From positions 1,302,001 to 1,366,000 of the forward strand of contig CAJFCJ010000010.1 of the NCBI GenBank assembly GCA_904063045.1: a DNA stretch of 64,000 nucleotides, read 5' to 3'. A program made the translations under genes and the position numbers. This DNA is from Dimorphilus gyrociliatus. Its lineage: Eukaryota > Animalia > Annelida. Of this stretch, positions 10,901 to 22,400 are shown piece after piece (position 1 is the stretch's first letter; every line of letters begins with the position of its first letter). The notes beneath the pieces are model-generated. The model was not told the origin of the DNA. It saw only the letters and a list, made by a program, of their open reading frames with translations, and ran no database searches.

Positions 10901-13900
10901 GCTACCTATCATTACTCTATCGACAACTGCTACTTCATTATCCACGACTAACAGGCGTTCAGGATTAAATATTCTAGATATTATTCCTCAAATAGAATTC
11001 GTTAAGGAAATAATACCGATAAAATCTTCCTCTCTTACTTCTTAGCCGCTTGAAAGGTTTTATATTTCAAAATAAAAACTTTAGACAAAATTTAATAAAA
11101 GCAAGAGAAACCTTTTAGATCGTTATTTAATGACATTTGAGAAAAATATTAAATCAAAAGGAAACTCTTTGGTAAAGAATCTTTATTAAATGTATAAAAG
11201 ATAAAACCACACATATACAGTATATATATACTGTATATACAGTATATATTCATATACACTCGCTCAATCAATCAACTAACCAACAAACTTTGTTTTAATT
11301 TGTCTGTTTTCTATTTAAAAAACATTACAAGCTAGTTAAAGTTTTTAATAACTTAACAGGATTTCGAGGTTGTAAAAAACATATACAGAATATTCTATCT
11401 ATTTTATTATCCCTTTCCGGAAATAGTATTTATTTATTCTTTAACTGTTATGATTGGTATGAAAATATAGTTATAAAAAAATATTTGAGCTAAATTTATC
11501 TGTTGCCATACTTTTTCTCTTTTTCTTCAAACGTCTCTCGTATTCGCTATATCTTTCTTTCTTTCCTATTCTCTATTTTGTCAATTTCCTTTTTTTTTCC
11601 TATTATTGCCGCATTTTTTTCTCTCTTTTACCTACACTCCTGTCCCCTCTTCCCTATTTCTGTAGTACCTTCTTCCATGTTATAAAAGATGAAAAAAATG
11701 CATTAATGAAGAATTAACTCTATAGGAGATTTATAAATGCAATATGGAAAAGAAACAGCGGAAATAGAGCCAAATGAATGCCAAGGTTTTTTTTCGTTTT
11801 GAAGGAAAAGAAAAGAAAGTGCAAAAATAATTTGTGGAATCATGTTTAGTTTTCTTAGATTTTCTTCTTTCTAAAAAAAGTCTATTTAATTGATTTCTAT
11901 CATTTTACATTATAATTAGTTGCTTTCTCTTCTATTATTAAGTAGGTTTTCGTTAAAATAAACTTCTTAATGTAACTGTTGGCACTTTATAAATAGTATA
12001 ATATAAGATGTATACATATATAGCTATATAATTTAAACAACATACAAGAAGATAATATATAGAAATACATATAGAATATAAAAAAAATGAAGTAGCTTAC
12101 TTAAATTCTCAACTTTTTGATGAGTACTCTCATAATCAAAGAAAAAGTAAACACCATTAAACTATCTAAAGCTTTTCAGTAAGCATAGATCAGCGTCATA
12201 TAGTCTAAACATATAAATATAAAATATAATCTTTTTTGTTAATTATCAGGTATCTTCCCTTAGACTGATTAAGAGATCGTCTATCGAATTGATTTTTCTT
12301 TTTTATTATACTTTTTATCACCAGTTCTCTTATTACGTTTTCTTATGACTACGAATATGGTTTATCTCCCAGGGAATAATTTTACGTATCTGATGAGCGA
12401 AATATAATAAAAAATTAGCTATTTTCCTTTTTTTAAAGTGAGATTGACATTAAAAAGAAAAGTTTCTTTCTTAAATCTTTGGCGGATAAAGTGCTATTCG
12501 TTGACAAGATATATTAGCCACAGCAAAAAAAGATATCTTAAAAATCAGTGGAAGCGTCTAAGAGTTTTTTTTCACTGTTATATATATTATCGACCATTTT
12601 CAATCCGTCTAATCACTAACTTTGCCAGTTGAGACGTTTCCTTTTTTTTCATTAAGTATAAATTGTATGATACGAATCGACGAGCAGTCTTGAAACAGAA
12701 TCGGTCGTTTAATTCTGGCAAGCGAACAGCAACGACTTTTTCTTCTCTGCTAAACATTGCAAAGTGCCTCGGAGAACAATCTTACGAGGATAAAATTTCG
12801 CATTCGATTCCAGTTAGAGGGCGAGAATCGGCCATTTGCCATTTATTTACAGTTTTTATTTATCATTATAACAATCTCTACAATTGGCAAACTTATTTAA
12901 ATTAATCGAAAAAGAAGTATTGTTTAATGAAAAATGATCTAATTATGTTGATACTTTCCGCTGGAATTAAGGACAATTTTGATCTGTCAGAAGTATAGCC
13001 CCCAGTTCCTTTTGGAACATCTTACTTCAATATTTTATATATTTTGTTGTCCTACTTCCTACTTAAAACTTTTTCCTAGTGTATGAAATCATCGATCATT
13101 TTGAGATCTACGCAAAACTTGCATGCATATATTCTAGTTTTCCCTTAAACTCAGTTAAAGTTGATTTAGACAGAAATTATTTGATAAACATAACTTTCTT
13201 ATCCCCCTGGCAAATTCACAAATACTAGTCTTCAAAACGGAATTAACCTAGATACAGGCAAACTGAATAAAGATAAAGAGTTTTTAAGTTTTTATGGTCT
13301 AGAGAATATGAAACTAGAAATTTTCTTTTAGAATTGTTCTTATTAAATATGAAATTTTTATGAAAGAATGAGCAAATGTTCAAATTGGTATAAGCAACCA
13401 AGAAGAAAATTTACATGAAAGAGAATCCTCAAGGGTACAGAGAATACGGGAAAGAGAAGAGAGGAAAGTGAAGAAGAAGATGGAGGAGAAAGTTTGGAAT
13501 CTTATCTTCTCTATATCCTCCTTCTTATATTGATTAAAAGAAAAATCAACTTTAGAATACAATATTTATTACATAGACTAATGTCTTATTTTCCCCCTTT
13601 TCTCAAACAGACCGAAAAATTCGACTTTTCTTGTTTGATTGCCTCATTTATAGACGACAAACTAACTATGTAAAGATTTTTGTTACACGCCCAAGTGACA
13701 TAGTGTACGTGAAGTTTGTACTAAAAAAGATGATTAATCCTGAAGATTAAAGGTTAAGTCAAAGAGTGCAAATTAAAAAAGAATCATTATTTTATTTTAA
13801 ATATTCATCTCCAATTAGTTGTATCCTTTATACTTTCAAACAACAAAACAATTAACATTGCACTTAACATTCAACAAATACTTATGGGCAATTGGACTTT

Positions 13901-14792
13901 TTTTTTGGACAAAATTAATTTCAATAATAAAACAGGGAATTCAACAAATCCATAGTCAAGGAAGTTCAGTAACCTAAGGGCTGAAGCCTTGATTAACAAG
14001 TGTGACTGATATGAAAATTTTCCTTTTCTTTGATCTGAAGAAAATTTTTCGTTTTCTCTTCCTTTATTTTTATAAAAAAAACCTAAACTAAGAAGTAATG
14101 CATGTATAAATGTAATTTACTCGTATTACAGGTATTAAAGTAGATCATGAGTAGTATTTAAAGAAAGAAAGAGAGAAAAAGGTTTACCTCTTTCTAAAAG
14201 GATTTATCAAGTTCTAACTTTATTACAAACTAAATTAGCTTTAAGCATGATCTAGTGCTAATTTATAATAATTCTAGTACACATAAAGAGAATATATGAT
14301 TGTATTTACCATATATCCTTTTATTGTCTTTATGTGTACATATTTATTATTAATTAGCTCAAATAGTACATCTCTCTTCGCTGTATTCTTGAGATGATTT
14401 TTCTTTTTTTTCACCTTTTAAAATAAAAAATTAAATAGGCTAAAATCTTTTTATAATCTACACCTTTAAATTGTTAAAAAGAATTATACTTAATATGGCT
14501 AGTAAAATTAACAAAAGACAGTTCCTTTTCCGATTATCTTCTAACCAGAACTTTCTGTTTATCGATATACCCTTTCTCTTTAAAACGACATCTATCGGCG
14601 GACGATTTTGAAGACTAATCGATATCTGACGGACTCCAATTTATTTATTCATTCTGCCGGCCGTAACGACTATTCTATTTATTCATGAGCGCTAAAAGGC
14701 TAAAAAATTTTACGCGTTACAGTCTCAGACAAACGAACCAGTTTGTTGTTGTTTATACAAGCAACAAGCTAGCTCTTTCCGCAGCTGGTCTA

Positions 14793-14806
14793 GTTACCAT
14801 AGTGAC
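14793..14806. promoter_or_regulatory. Candidate RFX X-box (GTTACC AT AGTGAC) next to a CAGCTG E-box
   Basis: Fits the degenerate X-box GYTRYY-N(1-3)-RRHRAC. CAGCTG is at 14782-14787. Both lie in a CpG-enriched island at about 14590-14900, about 2.1 kb past the stop codon of the pentameric channel gene. Confidence 0.35.
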
Positions 14807-15006
14807 AATTAGCCAGCGTAATAAAAACTCGGAAAAATGCACATCGAAAAGATCATCTGTCATAGCTCATCGCCTTGCCTCAATTTCCATTTGTTTCATC
14901 TGCTTAGTTTCTACTAGCAGTTCAATTCTAGATTTATTTATATATATCTATAGAAATATATATAAATATAGAAATATAGAAATATACTGTATATATATAT
15001 ATAAAA

Positions 15007-15070
15007 AGAGAGAGAGAGAGAGAGAGAGGAAAAGAGAGTGAGAGAGAAAGAAAGAGAAGAGGAGGAGAGA
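15007..15070. repeat. (GA)n microsatellite following a (TA)n tract
   Basis: agagagagag... directly visible. Confidence 0.9.
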
Positions 15071-16911
15071 TTTTACTTCAAATGACCCGCTTTCCATTTT
15101 AGTAAAATATAAGAATTTTCTATTAAAAATAGTTTTTACCTATATCATTTTAACATAACTACAAATCAAGTACATTTTTCTTGTCTGCGATTTATGCGCA
15201 ACACAAGTCGAGGCGCATAAATTTACATATATTAACCTTTCTCCCGATTATTGGTAAACTGTAGGAAAGAAACGAGCCTAAATATATATACTTTTTTTTA
15301 TTTAGCGCCTGCTTTGCTCTTTTTTTACGTAGCCTTCTAATAAAGGCTTTAGAAAAGGGGAATTGTTAGGAAAGGAGAGACCCTAATTTGTTTTGTTAAA
15401 CTTTTATTCTCCACTTGGAACCAATCGACCAGAGGAGTTTATTGCAAAGAGAAAAGGAAAAATATTCATCATTATCATTCACCCTTACATGTATATTTTA
15501 ATGGATCACAGCATTTTGTATTTCTAACTATCTGCAGGTTGACTAAAGGTCAATCTATCTTTCCTCCCCTCTAAGGAAAATAGTACGGTACCCTTACTGT
15601 GATATATAAGAAGACGATAGTTTGCAACGAGTTACAAATAGAAATCAAGCTAGGTCGTTAATGTCGCTAGTCCGATCGGCTACCGCTTTTACCGCTTAAT
15701 CTTGCATTTGGTTGATGAAAGACGTAGCTTTGACTAAAGAGATGAGGGAGGTGAAGATTTAGGGTTATAAGAAGGGGGAAATAGGCAGTTTGCTACAATT
15801 TATTCAGCTAAAGATCTTTGTTTTCTTTTTTGTATTTCCGATAAATATTTTTATACTAACGACTTTGTTAACCTGTAAACAAACGTTCTTTGTAAACTTT
15901 TATCTGAGAGCCCGTAAGTACCCTGCCGTCTATCCCTTTTCTATTTTGTATATATATATATATACATACAGGATAAACTCAAAAAATATGTATTATCAAT
16001 AATCATTTTTCATTTATATATTCTTTTATTTATTTCTTATAAGTTACGAAGGAGATTTTTACCGTCAATCTTTTGATCATGTTTTCTATCTTCTACTCTC
16101 TTTCTAATATTCCATCTTCTTTATTTTTTAATAAAAGAATTTCTATTTAACCCTTTTCTTTTTTTATAAAGTGAAAAGAAATAAGAAATGTTTACTAGGT
16201 ATAGATCTAAATATTTCTATTGGTTTCCGTTTCCAAATACACTTCTTCCTATCCTCTTTCTCACTCTCTTTTTAAAAAAAGGGAATGTTTGTTCGTTTTA
16301 GATAAATTCTTTTCTTTTACTTGAAATAATTTCTCTCTTTTTTTTATTCATGTCAATTAAAATCTTTCCTAAGAAATTTAATAGAAAATAAGATAGAAAG
16401 AAATAAGAATTTACGTTTTTAAACTGTTCGAAAAGAAATATAAATAAATAAATATATATATTAATATATATATATATATACCTTTATATATATACTGTAT
16501 ATATATATATAATAAAATATGAATAAATAAATTGTAATGCTTGCATAGAATTAGAGAAGTTTTTAAGAAAAAAAATAATAAAAGCAAAGGTTTTTTTGTT
16601 TCTTTTATAAATTGTGTTCTTAACTTGTTTTCATAATTGACAACAAACATTACTGAATGCTATATATGCCGTATGAACAATATATACAACTTTTTTTTCT
16701 GCAAGACAATATCGCGAATAGTATGCCAACTGATCTATGTATACTATTGTATACAATTTTCACTGGCATAAACAGTTAGCGGAGACAATACATTGAAACG
16801 TGTAAGGCATAACTCATCTGCATAAATTTGCATTGAAATTGAGCGAGGCTTAATCTTTTTTCCAGTTATTATTATTATTATAATAATAAATATTATTATT
16901 ATATCAATTTT

Positions 16912-19390
16912 TTAAATAGCATGAACTAACATCGTACTGTGTCGTCTGGATTGCGGATGAAGGTCTTTGATCTTCTCTTGCCAAGCTTTCTTTTTTGCCA
17001 GAAATTCCTGAAGCGAAAAAAATTCATTAGTAAGTCGCAATATTCGCATTAGTCACCTTGTAAAAAACCAAATAAAAGGCTTAGAATATAAGGGAAAATA
17101 TTATATAACCTTTATAACCCTCTTAAAGCACTTACTTACAAAAGTAGGCTTATAACAAGTTTTTTAATAGTTGCTAACAATTTTTAATGTTTGCCCATTG
17201 TCTATGCTCTTTAAACGATATGTATATAAATATATACAGTATATTATTTTAAAAATAAGAATCAACACGAATCTCGCTTTTATCTAATACATCTAAAACT
17301 CTAACTAAATATTATTATTAAAAGTTATTCACATCAACAGTCGGACTAGGAATTATTTAACCATAGTCCTTTTTAGTTTGTAGTTAATATATGGATATAC
17401 GAAAATTTCCTGTACCTTTTTAGACATAAATTAAGAGTGTTAAAATAAAAAGAAAGGTCGTGACATGTAAAGGAGAAGGAAATATCTCATTCCCAGAATT
17501 CTATGTACTATATTATTGTTATTAATAATTTGTAATGGAACTCTTATTTTACTCGATAACTTTTTAGTTATTTTAACATTTTTACTCTATTTTCTCCAAG
17601 TATTGCCACTAGAAAATTGCATAGAAGAGTGATCACATTTAATGAGTACATGAAGATCATTTTTAAAATTTAATCATAAACAAGGAATAGTAGTCTAATG
17701 AAAAATCGTGATCACAATTTAATCATGTCGATATACACTATAGTAAAAATAATAATAAAAGAAAAAACTGGAAAAAAAAACACTACCCCATAGCCAATAA
17801 AATAAATAGTTAAGTTTTAGAAGTAACAAGAGATATATAAATGAATATCATATATATTCAATTAAGTATAAAAGGAAAAATTATTCTGAAACTTCTTAAG
17901 GTAAGAAATATTTGTCCTAAAATGTGGATAAATCAAGATTTAGTGATTAACGATTTAGGGCATTTGGCGGTTTGATACCTTCCAAAAAAAACCAGCTGTT
18001 ACAGGTCTCTAGTTCTAACTCATATAAACTTCATCTTTTGGCTAAAATTAGCCTACGTTATTGAAGTGAGAGAGCGAGAGAGCGAGAGAGAGAGAGAGAG
18101 CGAAAGAAAGAAAAGAGATAGACTGAGGGATGGAGAGAAGAAAACTAAGGAAAAATCTCATCGCTAAATTTTAGGTTTTGTATAAATTATTTCTATAAAA
18201 ATATATTCTATATATGAAGGGGAAAATGCTAATTATTACTCCTAATATTTAACTACTTTTAAATCAATATAAAAATATTATATGCTAATTTTACAAATGA
18301 TTACTAAAAACGTGATGAAAATTTTACTTTTAAAAACGCGGAAATTAACTTGAAACTAACATGTAAAAAGCATAATGCTTAGTAAAGTATTTAAATTACT
18401 TGTTGAATTAAGCCTACACTAAAAACAATATACAAATATTAAGAACTCTTACAATATTAGTGAGAAATGTAATTGCCTTTTTTTTTAAAGAAAATCAAAT
18501 ATAAATAAACCTTTCTTTTTTTTTAACGAAAAAAAATTCTTTTTATCAAGTATTGCATAACGTACTGCAAACACTTAGGCCTATTTGCACAGGAGGAGAA
18601 ACATAACAAGTAGCTTCGTTAAAAGAATTTTGGTAATTGTATTTTTTATAGGAGTTATAAAGGTTAGATATTTCTCCTTTTCTTCTGTTGGAAACCTTTA
18701 GAAGAAGATTTATCAAATTCCACTTACTGATGTGTAATATGAACAATAGCAAGTGTAAAAAGAGTATACACGAGTTATACACATGTATATATAAATATAT
18801 ATATATATATATATACAGTATATATCTGTTACTATGAATACCCTTTTACAGATATGATAAAATATTTAGAAAGAAGCTATCACAATTTTGATGCTATTAG
18901 TGCTATACAACAGCAATAAATCATACTTTTTGCTAGGAGTACGTATATTTTACCTATTAATTTTTAATCAATAAAATATTCAATTATCAAAAGAAACCTA
19001 ATCGTTAATCATACATAAATACAAATCTAATAATTGCATTTGCATAAAAACGGTTAAATGCTTCTGATTACACTCTTTCAACTGACAGTTTCGTCTATTC
19101 AGCTATCGAAATAGCTAGATCTTTTCTCTTTTTCCTCACTATATGCTTATTTAATAATTATAAAAACATTAATTTATCATGAAAAGAAAACAAAATAAGA
19201 GAATAAAGTATAATTTGGAAGCAAATTATTTACTAAATTTCCTTATCATGTCAAAATTTTGACATTATCATGTCGCTTCATTTTGTAAATCACTTATTCA
19301 CTCAATCTCTTTTTATTTATTATTATTACATTTTTACTTTTTTCGACTCTCTTCCATTCTATTTTCAGTTTTTCCTTCCACTCTCTCCTA

Positions 19391-19430
<40 letters not shown>

Positions 19431-22400
19431 ACTCTCCCTCTCTCTGTCTGTCTTTGTTTATTCTTCATTTCATCATCTTATAAATAATGTTTTTTTTTTT
19501 AATTTTATCTTTTAATATTCGTCTTACTAAACAAGAGACAGGAGATGAAAAGAAAGCGGTTTAAGTAAAGACTACAAAGTGTAGCTAACCGAATTTACGG
19601 TTGCATAATAGTTCTATTTACCAGTTAAGCGTCTAATTTGGTCGTTTTGAGAATTCAAATATGCTTTACACTACTTTGAAGTTAACTTTTGGATTAGATT
19701 GAAAAAAAAAATGTCGCGCAATCTAATTAAACTTTTAATTTCATTAGTAATTTCCTGAAATTTTCAATTTAGAGAAACACGAAAGCAAAATAGAGATGGA
19801 GATAGATAGTTAGATAGATAGATAGAAAAAGAGACTAGGACTGATGTACAATTAGTTCAAATATATCCAGGCATGTAGAAAAAAAAACAATAATTAAAAT
19901 CTTATAAATGACTATTACAATCATTTGTAGCCCCAGTATATTTAATTAATACAATTTATAACTATTATAACAAATGAGATGCAATTATTCCGTTACATCT
20001 TTAAAAAATTGGCAATAAAAATATCGCAGAAAATATATAGAGAATTAATCATATTTGAAAGTCGATTTTAAATATCCTAATTATTTAGAGTTGCATGTTT
20101 CTAAACAACACTTGTGCATCATATTATCAATTTATGTGAACTAAGCACGTTGTGTCCTTTAACCGTGTGGCAGTGCTTCTCTTTTGTTTTTAAGAGATAA
20201 AATACTACGAAACTAAACTCACTAAACATTCCTAATTATTCAGGGAGAGATGAGTCAAGTGAACGGGAAAGTAAATAAGTTTTAGTAGGGAGCTTATTAA
20301 CATTTAAAAAAGGAAAAGGAAAGACGATAAGCCAATTAAAGGGAATAATACATGTGTTAATGTATGTACGAAAAAACTTACTAAATATTCCCTATCTTTT
20401 CTCTTCATTATCCTCCTTCTCTTACAAGCATCAAAATATAACCAGAATACAAAAACGACGTGACAGAGAATATAAATAACTGCAAACGCGAGGAAAACAT
20501 CCCTTTCCATTCTAGCTAGAAATTCAGAACCATGGTGGAAGAAGACAGTTATCAGGGCGTGCCATATGCAGACGACGCAAAGAATGACTAGAGACAAGAG
20601 CACGTACTTATCCATGTAAGTTAAATAAGAGATTTTCGGAAGACTCTGGTTGATGACAAACTTGAAGGCGACGGACGTGAGGAGAAGAGTAAAAGATAAT
20701 TGGAGACGGTTTTGCGGCAATTCCGGGCTGACAGCGAAAGTAGCGAAGGACAAGGCGCTAATAAAAAACATGACGAGGAAGACGTTCCAATAGAAATACC
20801 CAGGACGCCTAGCTGCTCTACATGTAACGCTTAGAGCAGGATGACATCGATTTGATGATGAATATTCTTGTGTCATTATTTTCTTAGCTACCTGAAAATA
20901 GGAGGAGATTTTAATGCACATCAATACAAATCTATCATCCATTTGTTTTCCCTATGCAAATGGTTTTATTTTTTAAACTTAATACATGGAAATTTTATGT
21001 CTAAATTGAGATAATATCGATTTAACCTTTCCTCATGGTTACTGGTTAATACATTGGCCAGATAAAACAACTATTTAGTTAAAGGGCTATGAAATAGAGA
21101 TTAAAATTAAGGTTATAAATATTTTTTTTTCGTGTATACTACTAATGTCATATTCTTAGATATTTAAAAGTTTGTCTTTCATCCTACTAATTATCATTCT
21201 TTTTTTACTATAAGTGTTGTGTCCTTAAGAAGATCTCGCTCTCTCTCTCTTTTAATAATTTACATCTTTCCTTAACTAAAAGTCATTACTTAGTTCAAGA
21301 TTTTAAAGTATGCAAAAAGTCTAAAAAAAAACCAAACTCAATTATTCCCTTTATCTTATAAGTATATTCTTTTTATGGTGGTTTGCACTTTTATCGTTTA
21401 AGAATTGTTTTGATTTTCCTTTTCAATAGATCTTTTTTTCGGGTGTCTAAATCTTTTCATGGCCAAAGCAAAGGTTCTTAGGAAAATCAATTGGAAATTG
21501 AAGAATATAAGTTCCTCTTTCCCTTTGAAAAACGTTACAATAGTGTGAGGAGCAAAAAAAATGGCGATCAACAGCATAGACAGTCTTAAGTGACGTCCAG
21601 TAACGCCTAACGATGCTATTAGATACTCAGTGACGCCTCTAAGCGCTGCTGTCGCCTAAGGAGACAGGGAGCCATTTTGTGTGACTGTAAGGAGCATCTG
21701 TAAAGAATTACTCTAATTTTGGAGCAAATTTAAAAAATGGACTTCTTATTGAGTGGTCAGAGGGAGTGAAAACTAGAGAGAAAACCTCTGAGATGATCAT
21801 AACGATTAGACTTTAAAGATTGTTATAGTATTTCAGTTAGACAAACATTTAGTGGATTTCGCAGGACTCTTAATGGTTCCCTTGCACGAAATTGTTTCTA
21901 TTGTATTCATTGTAGTGATTGCAAACTGGTTTTCTTTTTCTTCATAAAATATATTGTTGAATGTAGCATGGTCTACAAACAAAGATTTCCCTTTGAATAG
22001 CTCTATGAGACACTCCCTTACCGTTGACAAGAACGTCTATTGGCGGTTCTATTATTGTCTCATCTCTATTAATTCTATTTCAAGATCTGATCATCGTTAC
22101 CCGGGTAACAGAGCCCATTTACCTCAATATGTTCGTGCAGTCTCCATTCCTGCTGATCGACGAATGTCTGTACATTGATACCGCTCATCTCTAGCTCATC
22201 CGGTATAATATCGATTTCCGTATCCGGTCGTTCGCTCGTCATCGTGATAGTCAAGTCCTGCACATCTAGCGGGAAATCGTTCAACTCGAGATTTTCTAGA
22301 AACACGCCCCTAACTCGCCGCCTTTCCAATATAAAGGCTTCCCCCTTGCTATTTGTTGTCGCTGTTAACCATGTAGCCTCCTTTGTTTCACTAAGTACGT

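Noticed and set aside
18546-18782. Minus-strand ORF in channel intron 5 as an alternative last exon
   Set aside because: Its acceptor (catcag|TAA) gives an immediate stop in the required phase 0, and the exon at 17007-16912 continues the helix far better.
20160-20215. Alternative nearby terminal exon FRSILSLKNKREALPHG* for the channel
   Set aside because: Weak acceptor with no pyrimidine tract; 17007-16912 is preferred. It cannot be excluded without RNA data.
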